This document shows, piece by piece, positions 40,706 through 50,492 of a stretch of 64,000 nucleotides of DNA. A program made the translations under genes and the position numbers. Location: NCBI GenBank assembly GCA_044375275.1, contig JBILMZ010000001.1, positions 414-64,413 on the forward strand, in the 5' to 3' direction. How positions within the stretch are numbered: the stretch's first letter is position 1; every line of letters starts with the position of its first letter. The notes under the pieces were generated by a model, which saw nothing but the letters and a program-made list of their open reading frames with translations, did not search any database and was not told the origin of the DNA. The stretch is from Micropepsaceae bacterium. Its GTDB lineage: Bacteria; Pseudomonadota; Alphaproteobacteria; Micropepsales; Micropepsaceae.

Positions 40706-41419
40706 ATGGGCGGAGCGGAAATCGAAATCCTGTTTTTTGCCGGTATTGCGGCATTCATCGGCTATCGCATCTACACGGTGCTCGGCCGGCGGACTGGCAA
40801 TGAAAGGCCGCCCGTTGACCCGGTTGGCCAGCGCGAGCGCCTTGATCGGCAGCGTACGGCTGCGGCCAAGCCAGACGACAATGTCGTTCCGCTTCCGCGG
40901 GCCCGCGACGCTGTTGCGAGACCAGCTCCGCGCAACTCCGTGCTCAGCCGCATTGACGCGAATTCGCCCGTCGGGCTGGGGCTCGGCGCTATCCGGAACG
41001 CGGACCCTGGCTTCGACGCCGACGGCTTTTTCCAGGGCGCGAAAGCTGCTCATGAAATGATCGTGAAAGCCTTTGCGGACGGTGATCGGGCAACGCTCAA
41101 GCCTTTGCTGGCAGAGGACGTGTATTCGAGTTTCGAGGGTGTAATCACACAGCGTGAGCAGAATGGCCTCACGGTTGAGTTTGCATTCGTTGGCATCAAG
41201 TCTGCGGACATCGCGGAAGCTTCGCTGCGGGGCAGGGTGGCAGAGGTCACCGTGAAGTTCGTATCAGAGCTGATCACCGCCACGAAGGATGCGGCCGGCG
41301 CGGTCATTGAGGGTGCCACTGGCGTGGTGAAGGAAGTCACTGACGTCTGGACCTTTGCCCGTGACACACGATCGTCTGATCCCAACTGGAAGGTCGTTGC
41401 CACTGCGGGGGCGGCGTAG
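40706..41419 (+). CDS. Tim44-like domain membrane protein
   Basis: N-terminal TM ILFFAGIAAFIGYRIY. C-terminal Tim44-like fold ending ...VTDVWTFARDTRSSDPNWKVVAT. Confidence 0.85.
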   Translation: MGGAEIEILFFAGIAAFIGYRIYTVLGRRTGNERPPVDPVGQRERLDRQRTAAAKPDDNVVPLPRARDAVARPAPRNSVLSRIDANSPVGLGLGAIRNADPGFDADGFFQGAKAAHEMIVKAFADGDRATLKPLLAEDVYSSFEGVITQREQNGLTVEFAFVGIKSADIAEASLRGRVAEVTVKFVSELITATKDAAGAVIEGATGVVKEVTDVWTFARDTRSSDPNWKVVATAGAA

Positions 41420-41433
41420 CATAAGCTGCACTT

Positions 41434-42651
41434 ATGCATTTGCTTCGAACGGTTTCCGTCGCGTTTGTCCTGCTTGCAGCGGGCTGCGCTCCCTTTGGTG
41501 ATGTGACAGGCGGAGGCGGTCCTGCGGCCGAAGCCCGGTTCAGCCTCAAACCTGCAACCTATGAACAGCTCGACGGATGGTCCTCGGCGTCGTTGCCGAC
41601 CGCGTTTGCTGCCTTCAGGATTTCCTGCAACGTCATCTCGCGCCGGTCTCCGGCGGACGCGATGGGAGGTCACGCTTCCTACGGGATCGTTGCTGACTGG
41701 AAGGATGCCTGCGACGCGGCGCTGAATTCAAAAGAGGTCACGGAGAACACTGCCCGGGCTTTCTTTGTCCGCTGGTTCAATCCGGTCCAGGTGCTCAATG
41801 GCGAGGACGAGGTTGGTCTCTTCACAGGTTATTACGAACCTGAACTTGAGGGCAGCCGACAGCGTACGCCGGAATACAATGTCCCGCTTTACCGTCGTCC
41901 ATCCGACCTTGTGGAAGCGGACCTCGGACAGTTTCGCCCTTCCCTCAAAGGGGAACGGGTTGCCGGGCGGGTCGTCAACGGGCGACTGGTTCCCCATGCG
42001 CCACGAAAGGAAATCGTGACAGCCGGACTGGGTTCGGCTTCGTCACCCCTGGTGTATGTCAATGATGGGGCTGCGGCGTTCTTTCTGCAGATCCAGGGAT
42101 CCGGACGCATCAAAATGACTTCCGGCGATATCATCAGGGCCGCCTATGATGGGCAGAATGGACATCCCTACACGGCGATCGGCCGGATACTTGTTGATCG
42201 CGGCGAAGTTCCGAAAGCGGAGCTTTCCATGCAGCGCATTCGTGCCTGGATGGACGAGAACCCTGATCAGGCGGATGCTCTGATGAACGAGAACGCTTCC
42301 TATGTGTTCTTCAAGGAGCTTCCGGTCGGTGATCCTTCCAAGGGCGCAGATGGCGCGCAAGGCGTTCCCCTGACGGCGTCTGGAAGCATTGCCATAGACC
42401 TCAAGTTTCATGCGCTTGGCTCTCCCATGTGGGTTGAGGCTCGTGCGCCGGGGGCCACCCCTGAAGCGCCGGATGTCACGCTGCGCCGCCTTTTCGTGGC
42501 GCAGGATACCGGCGGCGCCATCCGCGGACCCGTGCGCGGGGATGTGTATTGGGGTGCAGGGCAGGAAGCGGAGAGCATCGCCGGGCGCATGGCGCACAAG
42601 GGCAAGATGTTTGTTCTCCTGCCAAAGCCCCTCGCTGCAAAAGTCAATTGA
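41434..42651 (+). CDS. mltA: Murein transglycosylase A
   Basis: GYYEP.L.GS, 3D-domain segment VAQDTGGAIRGPVRGDVYWG.G..A...AG. Signal/lipoprotein-like N-terminus LLAAGC. Confidence 0.9.
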   Translation: MHLLRTVSVAFVLLAAGCAPFGDVTGGGGPAAEARFSLKPATYEQLDGWSSASLPTAFAAFRISCNVISRRSPADAMGGHASYGIVADWKDACDAALNSKEVTENTARAFFVRWFNPVQVLNGEDEVGLFTGYYEPELEGSRQRTPEYNVPLYRRPSDLVEADLGQFRPSLKGERVAGRVVNGRLVPHAPRKEIVTAGLGSASSPLVYVNDGAAAFFLQIQGSGRIKMTSGDIIRAAYDGQNGHPYTAIGRILVDRGEVPKAELSMQRIRAWMDENPDQADALMNENASYVFFKELPVGDPSKGADGAQGVPLTASGSIAIDLKFHALGSPMWVEARAPGATPEAPDVTLRRLFVAQDTGGAIRGPVRGDVYWGAGQEAESIAGRMAHKGKMFVLLPKPLAAKVN

Positions 42652-42658
42652 AGCGGCA

Positions 42659-43255
42659 ATGAGCAAGCGCCGCGAGCCAACGGATGGGGAGTTGGCCCTC
42701 TGGTCAGAGGTCATGCGCGACGTACGCCGGGCCAGCAAGCGCAAGCGAAGCACCAAACTCAAACCAGTCGAACCTGTCCGCCGGACACGGGATCTGCCGC
42801 CTCAACCCGCGTTGTCCCGCCCCATGGTGGGCGACAAGAAACCCGTTCAACCCGTTGAGAAGAAGCATCCGGTTCCTGCAGGGCTTGATGGTTCAACCCT
42901 GCGCCGCCTGCGCGAGGGCAAAGTGATGCCTGATGCAAAGCTTGACCTGCACGGCATGACGCAGGCGCAGGCTCACAATCGGCTGGCGACGTTTCTGCAT
43001 CGGGCATTCGACAATGAACTGCGCTGCGTTCTCGTTGTGACGGGGAAGGGAGGGGGGCGCCCGGATCGTGAGGACCGTCTTCCGTCAGAGAAGCACTTTT
43101 CCCAGAGCCATGGCGTCCTCAGGGGCATGGTGCCCCGCTGGCTGAATGAAGGCGACATCAGGCGCTATGTTTCAGGGACGGCTGAAGCGCATGTCCGGCA
43201 CGGCGGCGCAGGTGCGATCTATGTCTATCTCAGAAGGCGAAAGCCCGCCGGTTGA
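42659..43255 (+). CDS. Smr/MutS2-type small endonuclease-domain protein
   Basis: LDLHGMTQAQAHNRLATFL......LRCVLVVTGKG, an Smr domain. The start was trimmed to ATG 42659, because the track start lies inside mltA. Confidence 0.85.
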   Translation: MSKRREPTDGELALWSEVMRDVRRASKRKRSTKLKPVEPVRRTRDLPPQPALSRPMVGDKKPVQPVEKKHPVPAGLDGSTLRRLREGKVMPDAKLDLHGMTQAQAHNRLATFLHRAFDNELRCVLVVTGKGGGRPDREDRLPSEKHFSQSHGVLRGMVPRWLNEGDIRRYVSGTAEAHVRHGGAGAIYVYLRRRKPAG

Positions 43256-43278
43256 ACGGACGGCTTTCGCAGTCTTGC

Positions 43279-45429
43279 CTATTCGCTGGAGAACGGATCG
43301 TCCAGGGAATCCAGGTCAGTTGAAGAGCCGCCCCCGTTCGATGCCGGTTTGCGGGTTTCCGCCTGGGGTTGCCTTGTGATCCGCAGAACATACGGACCGG
43401 TGCCCTCGGTCCTGATCCGCTGCACCGGGATGCCCAAGCGGACAAGTTCGTCCTTTACCGCGTACAAGCGCCGCCGCCAGACGGCCCCATCGGCTTCGCG
43501 ACGTCCAACTGCAAAAACCCGAACTGCGATGTCCCTGTTCGACTGCAGGGATTGCGCTGCAGCCGTTGTCAGAACGTTGTAGGACTCACGTGTCAGATTG
43601 GATTTTGACTCCATGAAGGCGACGTGGAGCATCAGCGGTTTTGAAGCCGCGACCGGAGTCGTGCGCTCTGCGGTTGGGGCCGCAGGCGCAGCCTTTTCAA
43701 TGACCGGCGGCCTGCGGTCGCTTGATCCGATCTGATCAGCGGGCTGCGACTGCGCTGTACCAGGGTAGCCCGGATAGGGAGAGGCCGGCTGTGATGCCTC
43801 GCCTGTTCCAGGCGTCTGGGGGTAGGGGGAGTTTGGTGGCAGCTGGCTTACCGGAGAAGACGGCTGGCCAGGGTAGACCTGATCGGGAGTGGACGGCGGA
43901 GCGGCCTCCGGTGCGGGACTGGAAGGCGGTGTCGTCGGACCTGTGACCGTGGGTGGCTGGTAGGATGGCGAAACGCCGGTTGCCGAGCACTTGCCCGTCA
44001 GGGGGCAGTAGAACATCGCGTACAGGAGGTATCCAACCACTGCCGTGATGAGCAGGGCTCCCAGAGCCACCCCGATTGTCGGCAGATACTTTTTCAGCCA
44101 CTCGAAAAAGCCAGGGTCCCCGGGATGAGACTCAACGGCCTCATCGCAGCACCAGCACTGGTCCGTCTGGCCGGTCCCCGGCGGGCACCAGGTTGCATAC
44201 TCGCCCAGAAATGATGTCTGGAAGTCTCCCGGCGTTCCTGCCTTTGGCTTGGTTTCGGGCTTTGACTCGATTTTTTCCCGCAGCGATTTCTTCGGCTTGG
44301 GCGGTGGTGAGAAAATCCCGCCAGATGCCTTGGCCTTTTCAGGTGCCTGGGTCTTGAGGCTTCCGCCTTCCATGAGGAAGACGCGCGTGCCGCCGGTGTC
44401 TACAGAGAGTGGCGACTTGTCGAAGACGTAACCGTTGTCCTTGCCAATCGTCTCGAGCCGCTCGCGCGGCTTCATCCACTGGTCAGAGCTCGACTTCTTG
44501 AAGCCGGACTTGGCGAGAACCATGAGCCGCTTCTTCTGTGCGCCTGCAGGAACCTTGAGCGCACCAGCCGGGAGCGCCGTACCCTTCTTGCTGACCAGAA
44601 GGTACTGGGTCTTGTTCTCGGGCAGGTCTGGCGCCCCGAAGGAGTAGACGTCCAGCAACTCCAGAAGGTTCCGCAATAGGGAAACTATCTCGCCCACTGA
44701 ACCATGCCGATCCCAGCCATCCGGGTCCTGCTGCATGTCCAGCAAGCCTGATGCAATGAGCGCGGCTGGAACATTAAGTTCCGAAATCGTGCCAGGGCGG
44801 GTCGGAGGATCAACAAAGATCGAACTTCCGCCGTAGCTCGACTCTTTTTGCGATCTAGCGTGGCGCGTCGAGCCGTACTGCAGGTCCTTGATCAACTCGT
44901 TGCGGACGATTTCTTCCAGGACGCGGAGCGGATTGCGCGAGTGCTCCACCGTGGCCTGTGCCATGTCGGGGCGCAACAGTCGTCCGCGATACTGTTCTTC
45001 AGCCTGCGATCCCACGAAAATGCGCGTGAGAAAGCGCGTGTAGATCTTCTTGGCCCGTTCCGGGGACAGCTGTTCACGCTTGTCGGAGAGCGCCTGATAG
45101 CGTTCCACGATTTCGGCCATGTATTCCTTGTGCGCCGCGAGCACGTAACTCGTCGGCATGCACATCTGCCCGTGGATCTCGAACTGTCCCGAAGCCAGTG
45201 CCTTCAGCGTGGCGCCATCCCACTGCGTGATCGAGTTGTAGAACGGTACAACAGCAAAGTTCGCCTGACCTGCCACGACAGCATCCAGCACATCGCTGAC
45301 TGTTGTCCTGAAGATCAGATGACCAATGCTGTTGGCATCCAACATCGCACGCGCTGCCAGATAAGAATGGCCGCCGTCGCTTTCTGCAAAGCTTACAAAG
45401 AGGTTGCGTTTGCTCACGCGCGTCCCCAA
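43279..45429 (-). CDS. 716-aa chimeric membrane protein: PDT/ACT-like N-terminal module, Cys cluster, TM helix, Pro-rich linker, degenerate OmpA-like C-terminus
   Basis: Long clean ORF. FAVVPFYNSITQWDG, ENKTQYLLVSK and TRVFLMEGG resemble PheA motifs (PIENS, N.TRF, FfvD.eG). TM at about residues 449-474. P/S/Y-rich region 485-600. The OmpA-like block VAFMESKSNL...VRLGIPVQRIRTEGTG lies at about 600-685. The start is TTG 45429 or GTG 45417. Confidence 0.75.
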   Translation of the reverse strand: MGTRVSKRNLFVSFAESDGGHSYLAARAMLDANSIGHLIFRTTVSDVLDAVVAGQANFAVVPFYNSITQWDGATLKALASGQFEIHGQMCMPTSYVLAAHKEYMAEIVERYQALSDKREQLSPERAKKIYTRFLTRIFVGSQAEEQYRGRLLRPDMAQATVEHSRNPLRVLEEIVRNELIKDLQYGSTRHARSQKESSYGGSSIFVDPPTRPGTISELNVPAALIASGLLDMQQDPDGWDRHGSVGEIVSLLRNLLELLDVYSFGAPDLPENKTQYLLVSKKGTALPAGALKVPAGAQKKRLMVLAKSGFKKSSSDQWMKPRERLETIGKDNGYVFDKSPLSVDTGGTRVFLMEGGSLKTQAPEKAKASGGIFSPPPKPKKSLREKIESKPETKPKAGTPGDFQTSFLGEYATWCPPGTGQTDQCWCCDEAVESHPGDPGFFEWLKKYLPTIGVALGALLITAVVGYLLYAMFYCPLTGKCSATGVSPSYQPPTVTGPTTPPSSPAPEAAPPSTPDQVYPGQPSSPVSQLPPNSPYPQTPGTGEASQPASPYPGYPGTAQSQPADQIGSSDRRPPVIEKAAPAAPTAERTTPVAASKPLMLHVAFMESKSNLTRESYNVLTTAAAQSLQSNRDIAVRVFAVGRREADGAVWRRRLYAVKDELVRLGIPVQRIRTEGTGPYVLRITRQPQAETRKPASNGGGSSTDLDSLDDPFSSE

Positions 45430-45596
45430 CTTTTGCGAGTCACGGCAACCCCGGGGATGGGGGGACCGGTCTCGCTCACCAGACCCCCAAGCTAGCGTGA
45501 AAATATTTAGAGTGCGAGAGTTCTCAACAGGTTAGAGCGCATTTTTGTGCACTCAAACGAGTTCACCTGTTGGGTGTGCGAAGTCAAATTTTCGCG

Positions 45597-46904
45597 TCAA
45601 AGTATGAAGCGGGAGAGGTCCACATTCTTCGTCAATGAGCCAATTTCCCTCAGGACGAAACTACGATCTATCGTTATGCGTGCATCGCGACTGTCCGGGG
45701 CATGGAAGCTTACCTCTTCCAGCACGCGCTCGATGATGGTCTGCAACCTCCGCGCGCCAATATTTTCCACGGTCGCATTAACCTCAGCGGCTGCATCGGC
45801 CAGTGCGTCGATGCCGTCTTCGGTAAAATCCAGTGTGACGCCCTCGGTTTCCATGAGGGCCCGATACTGCTTGATCAAGCTGGCTTCGGGCTCCGTCAGG
45901 ATACGCCGGAAGTCGTCTCGCGTGAGTGCCTGCAGTTCGACCCGGATCGGAAGGCGTCCCTGTAATTCGGGCAGCAGGTCCGATGGCTTGGCGAGGTGAA
46001 AGGCGCCTGACGCAATGAAGAGAATGTGATCTGTCTTCACGGGTCCGTGCTTCGTCGAGACCGTCGTGCCTTCAATCAGCGGGAGCAAGTCGCGCTGCAC
46101 GCCTTCGCGGCTTACATCGCCGCCGCGCTGCGAGCCTTCGCGGGCGCAGATCTTGTCGATCTCGTCGAGGAAGACAATGCCGTCGTTTTCAACGGCACGG
46201 ATGGCTTCCACCACCAGGGCTTCGCCGTCGATGAGCTTGTCGGCTTCTTCGGACACCAGAGGCTTGTGGGCGTCGGCGACCTTCATCTTGCGGGTCTTCT
46301 GCCGGCCGCCCAGAGCCTTGCCCAACATATCGTTGAGATTGATCATTCCCACCTGTGAGCCCGGCATTCCCGGAATTTCAAAGGAAGGCATGCCGGCGCT
46401 ATCGTTGACCTGAATTTCGATCTCCTTGTCATCGAGCTCGCCATCCCTGAGCTTTTTGCGGAAGGATTCACGCGTGGACTCGGAGGCGGTTGTTCCCACG
46501 AGTGCATCAAGCACGCGGTCTTCGGCTGCCTTTTCGGCGCGCGCCTTGACTTCGCGGTGGCGCCGCTCGCGCATCGAAGCGATGCCGATTTCGACGAGGT
46601 CACGAATGATCTGCTCCACGTCCCGACCGACATAGCCGACTTCGGTGAACTTCGTCGCTTCAATCTTCAGGAACGGGGCCTGGGCGAGCTTTGCGAGGCG
46701 TCTCGAGATTTCCGTCTTGCCGACGCCGGTCGGTCCAATCATCAGGATGTTCTTGGGCAGGACTTCTTCCCGCAGGGCAGGGGGAAGCTGCTGGCGCCGC
46801 CAGCGATTGCGCAGCGCGATGGCTACGGCGCGCTTGGCTGCGGCCTGTCCGACAATGTAACGATCCAGTTCCGTGACGATTTCCCGAGGGGTGAGTGCGC
46901 TCAT
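45597..46904 (-). CDS. hslU: ATP-dependent protease ATPase subunit HslU
   Basis: [28 protein letters not shown], Walker [11 protein letters not shown], 435 aa. Confidence 0.97.
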   Translation of the reverse strand: MSALTPREIVTELDRYIVGQAAAKRAVAIALRNRWRRQQLPPALREEVLPKNILMIGPTGVGKTEISRRLAKLAQAPFLKIEATKFTEVGYVGRDVEQIIRDLVEIGIASMRERRHREVKARAEKAAEDRVLDALVGTTASESTRESFRKKLRDGELDDKEIEIQVNDSAGMPSFEIPGMPGSQVGMINLNDMLGKALGGRQKTRKMKVADAHKPLVSEEADKLIDGEALVVEAIRAVENDGIVFLDEIDKICAREGSQRGGDVSREGVQRDLLPLIEGTTVSTKHGPVKTDHILFIASGAFHLAKPSDLLPELQGRLPIRVELQALTRDDFRRILTEPEASLIKQYRALMETEGVTLDFTEDGIDALADAAAEVNATVENIGARRLQTIIERVLEEVSFHAPDSRDARITIDRSFVLREIGSLTKNVDLSRFIL

Positions 46905-46912
46905 GGCTTTGC

Positions 46913-47470
46913 TTAAAGTGTCTCGATGGTGAGTTCGTGGTTGGTGTAGATGCAGATGTCGGCGGCGATCTTCATTGAACGACGCACGATTTCCTCGGCT
47001 GTGAAATCCAGGGGCATCAGGGCGCGTGCCGCGGCCAGTGCGTAGTTTCCGCCGGAACCGATGCCGATCATGCCATCTTCCGGTTCCACCACGTCTCCCG
47101 TTCCCGAGAGGATGAGGCTGACCTGCGCATCGGCGACGGCCAGCATGGCCTCAAGTCGGCGGAGATAGCGGTCGGTGCGCCAGTCCTTGGCAAGCTCCAC
47201 GGCCGCCCGCGTGAGGTTGCCCGGATAGGTTTCCAGCTTTGCCTCCAGGCGCTCGAACAATGTAAACGCGTCTGCCGTGGCGCCCGCAAAGCCGGCAATC
47301 ACCTTGCCGCCCGACAGGCGGCGGACCTTGCGCGCGTTGGACTTCATGACCGTCGCCCCCAGGCTTACCTGTCCGTCTCCGGCCACGACGACCTGGCCGT
47401 TCTTCCTTACGGCGAGGATGGTTGTTCGGCGCCAGATTCCCGCGTCATTCGCAGCGTCATTGCTGGGCAT
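46913..47470 (-). CDS. hslV: ATP-dependent protease peptidase subunit HslV
   Basis: [33 protein letters not shown] and [14 protein letters not shown]. Confidence 0.97.
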   Translation of the reverse strand: MPSNDAANDAGIWRRTTILAVRKNGQVVVAGDGQVSLGATVMKSNARKVRRLSGGKVIAGFAGATADAFTLFERLEAKLETYPGNLTRAAVELAKDWRTDRYLRRLEAMLAVADAQVSLILSGTGDVVEPEDGMIGIGSGGNYALAAARALMPLDFTAEEIVRRSMKIAADICIYTNHELTIETL

Positions 47471-47555
47471 TGCTTGTCTCTTCGGTCATTGTTAGGGCTG
47501 TTCCTGTATCAGGAAGGGTGTCCTGGCCTGCAGGACGCTTAGAGGCATTTGTTAA

Positions 47556-48149
47556 ATGCGCAAAGCAACGGTTGAACGCAAGACGCGGGAAACGGAAATT
47601 TCGGTCACGGTGGACCTTGACGGTACCGGCAAGTCCGATATCGGCACCGGCATCGGCTTTCTGGACCACATGCTCGAGAGCTTTTCCAAGCACTCCAGCA
47701 TCGACCTGCACGTGCGCGCAAAGGGTGACCTTCACATCGACTTCCATCATACGACGGAAGATACCGGCATCGTGATCGGCCTGGCGATTGCCAAGGCTCT
47801 TGGTGACCGCAAGGGAATCCGGCGTTTCGGTTCGGCGCTCATCCCGATGGATGAGACATTGACGCGGTGCGCGATTGACGTTTCAGCGCGTCCTTATTTC
47901 ATCTGGAAAGTGTCCTTCAGCCGGGCGAAGCTTGGCGACATGGATACCGAACTCTTCAAGGAGTGGTTCCAGGCGCTTTCACAGACAGCAGGGCTGACCC
48001 TGCATATCGAGAACCTCTACGGTGAAAACAACCACCACATCGCCGAAAGCTGCTTCAAGGCATGCGCGCGTGCGCTGCGCGAAGCGGTGGAACTCGATGC
48101 GCGCCATGCCGGTGCCATTCCGAGCACGAAGGGCACTCTCGGCAACTGA
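47556..48149 (+). CDS. hisB: Imidazoleglycerol-phosphate dehydratase
   Basis: RKT.ET.I.V..DLDG, GFLDHML, HH..E, NHH..ES.FKA motifs. Confidence 0.95.
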   Translation: MRKATVERKTRETEISVTVDLDGTGKSDIGTGIGFLDHMLESFSKHSSIDLHVRAKGDLHIDFHHTTEDTGIVIGLAIAKALGDRKGIRRFGSALIPMDETLTRCAIDVSARPYFIWKVSFSRAKLGDMDTELFKEWFQALSQTAGLTLHIENLYGENNHHIAESCFKACARALREAVELDARHAGAIPSTKGTLGN

Positions 48150-48173
48150 TATTCCAGTCCTGGTCATCGAAGC

Positions 48174-48827
48174 ATGAGCGAACGCGTCGCTGTCATTGAC
48201 TATGGGTCCGGCAATCTTCGTTCCGTTGAGAAAGCGCTTCAGCGTGCCGTTTCGGATTCAGGGCTAGCCTGCTCGATCATTGTGACCAGCGAGCCTGAGG
48301 TCGTAAGGTCTGCTGACCGTATTGTTCTGCCGGGTGTTGGCGCCTTTGCAGACTGCATGTCGGGATTGCTCGGTATTGCCGGGATGGCCGATACTCTCTC
48401 AGAAAGCGTGCAGCAGCGGGGCAAGCCCTTTCTCGGCATCTGTGTCGGCATGCAACTCATGGCTGATGCGGGTCATGAACATGGCAGTTGTGCCGGCCTC
48501 GGATGGATTGCTGGTGAGGTCGTTCGACTGACGCCTTCACCCGCCGCGCTTAAAGTCCCCCATATGGGCTGGAACGAGGTGCGTGTGACCTCTGATCATT
48601 CGGTACTAGCGAATATGGGCCGTGATCCGGGTGCACACGCCTATTTCGTTCACAGCTACCAGTTCAAGTGCCGCTCGCCGGCGCATGTGCTTGCCACGTC
48701 TGATTATGGGGGCATGGTGACGGCTGCTGTCGGACGGGACAACGTCATTGGTACACAGTTCCACCCCGAGAAGAGCCAGGCCGCAGGTCTGAAGCTGCTG
48801 GAGAACTTCATGCGGTGGCGACCGTGA
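48174..48827 (+). CDS. hisH: Imidazole glycerol phosphate synthase, glutamine amidotransferase subunit
   Basis: [37 protein letters not shown]. Confidence 0.95.
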   Translation: MSERVAVIDYGSGNLRSVEKALQRAVSDSGLACSIIVTSEPEVVRSADRIVLPGVGAFADCMSGLLGIAGMADTLSESVQQRGKPFLGICVGMQLMADAGHEHGSCAGLGWIAGEVVRLTPSPAALKVPHMGWNEVRVTSDHSVLANMGRDPGAHAYFVHSYQFKCRSPAHVLATSDYGGMVTAAVGRDNVIGTQFHPEKSQAAGLKLLENFMRWRP

Positions 48828-49555
48828 TCCTCTTCCCTGCAATTGACCTGAAGGGTGGGGCCTGTGTGCGCCTCGTGCGCGGCGACATGGATAGCGCGAC
48901 AGTTTTCAACGACGATCCGGGAGAGCAGGCCGCGCTCTTTGCGAGGCAGGGCTTTCGGTGGATCCATGTGGTGGACCTGGACGGGGCTGTTTCGGGCAAG
49001 AGCGTCAATACCGATGCCATCCGGCGCATTCTCGGGGCGGCGTCGCTGCCGGTGCAGCTGGGTGGCGGCATACGCAGTCTGGCTGCGATCGAACACTGGC
49101 TTGGTACGGGTGTGAAGCGCGTCATCCTGGGTACGGTTGCAGTGACGAATGCGGAACTGGTGCGGGAAGCTGCTCGACGCTTTCCGGGTCAGGTTGCCGT
49201 CGGCATTGATGCACGCGAAGGACGCGTGGCGATCCAGGGGTGGGGCGAAGGAACAGATGTCAGTGCCGTGGCACTGGCCCGACAATTCGAAGACGCTGGC
49301 GTTTCCGCCATCATCTACACAGACATTGCGCGGGACGGAACGGGGCTTGGCCTCAACGTCGAGGAGACGTGTGCTGTCGCCAGCGCTGTGTCTGTTCCCG
49401 TGATTGCGAGTGGCGGCATTGGCAGCCTTTCGGATCTCGAAGCCCTCAAGCAGGCGCGGCACGCGAACATTGCCGGCGCCATTTGTGGACGTGCGCTCTA
49501 TGACGGACGCCTCGACCCTGTGCAGGCCCTTGCGCTGATGGAAGGGCGAAGCTGA
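48824..49555 (+). CDS. hisA: 1-(5-phosphoribosyl)-5-[(5-phosphoribosylamino)methylideneamino]imidazole-4-carboxamide isomerase
   Basis: (M)[29 protein letters not shown]. The preferred start is GTG 48824, overlapping the hisH TGA. GTG 48815 is the alternative. Confidence 0.93.
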   Translation: MILFPAIDLKGGACVRLVRGDMDSATVFNDDPGEQAALFARQGFRWIHVVDLDGAVSGKSVNTDAIRRILGAASLPVQLGGGIRSLAAIEHWLGTGVKRVILGTVAVTNAELVREAARRFPGQVAVGIDAREGRVAIQGWGEGTDVSAVALARQFEDAGVSAIIYTDIARDGTGLGLNVEETCAVASAVSVPVIASGGIGSLSDLEALKQARHANIAGAICGRALYDGRLDPVQALALMEGRS

Positions 49556-50319
49556 TGCTGAAGGCGCGTGTCATTCCCTGCCTTGACGTCAAGGATGGAA
49601 GGGTGGTGAAGGGCGTTCGCTTCGAGAGCCTGCGCGACGCCGGCGATCCGGTTGAGGCTGCTCGCGCCTATGATGCAGCGGGCGCAGATGAACTCTGCTT
49701 TCTCGACATTACTGCCAGTCATGAGCAGCGTGGTGTTCTTCTGGATGTTGTCCGGCACACGGCGGATGTGTGCTTCATGCCACTTACCGTCGGGGGAGGG
49801 GTGCGTACGCTTGACGACATGCGGGCGCTGCTTCTTGCCGGCGCTGACAAGGTTTCCATCAATACCGCAGCGGTCCAGCGGCGGGAGATCGTCAAGGAAG
49901 CAGCGGAGAAGTTCGGTTCGCAGCTCGTCGTGGTTGCCATTGACGCACGACGGACATCAGCCGGGCGCCATGAGATCTTCACCCATGGTGGACGCAACGG
50001 GACTGGCATCGATGCCGTCGCCTTTGCGCAGGAAGTGGTGTCGCTGGGTGCCGGAGAAATCCTGCTCACATCCATGGACCGGGATGGGACCCGGGAAGGG
50101 TATGACCTCGAGCTTACGCGGGCGATCGCAGATGCCGTGAGTGTGCCTGTGATTGCCAGTGGCGGGGTCGGGCATGTCGACCACCTCGTTGATGGCATCA
50201 AGCTGGGTCACGCCAGCGCCGTGCTCGCCGCATCCATTTTTCATTTTGGCGAAGTTTCCATCGCCGCTGCCAAGGCGCGGATGCGTGCAAGTGGTATTGC
50301 TGTCAGGCTGGAGAATTAA
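49555..50319 (+). CDS. hisF: Imidazole glycerol phosphate synthase cyclase subunit
   Basis: [38 protein letters not shown]. Confidence 0.96.
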   Translation: MLKARVIPCLDVKDGRVVKGVRFESLRDAGDPVEAARAYDAAGADELCFLDITASHEQRGVLLDVVRHTADVCFMPLTVGGGVRTLDDMRALLLAGADKVSINTAAVQRREIVKEAAEKFGSQLVVVAIDARRTSAGRHEIFTHGGRNGTGIDAVAFAQEVVSLGAGEILLTSMDRDGTREGYDLELTRAIADAVSVPVIASGGVGHVDHLVDGIKLGHASAVLAASIFHFGEVSIAAAKARMRASGIAVRLEN

Positions 50320-50492
50320 TGGTTATCCACAGCCACTAAAAGATGCGCTGCTGCCGGTTTCCTATCGCAAGATGCTGCGTTCGTGACATTTTCATGAATG
50401 AAAGATGACAATTGCGCAAAGGTGGCGTGCCGCTGACTATGGCCATTGTAGACGCAGCGTCCATTTCAAACGTTCATTGGGTTTGCCTTTGC

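Noticed and set aside
45430-45596. Inverted repeat CAACAGGT…ACCTGTTG downstream of hslU
   Set aside because: It is an 8-bp stem with a ~33-nt loop and no U-tract. It could be chance or part of the promoter region of the 716-aa gene, so it is not called.
50323-50331. Perfect DnaA box TTATCCACA just after hisF
   Set aside because: It is a single isolated 9-mer with no companion boxes or AT-rich element. One or two perfect matches in 64 kb on both strands is close to chance expectation.
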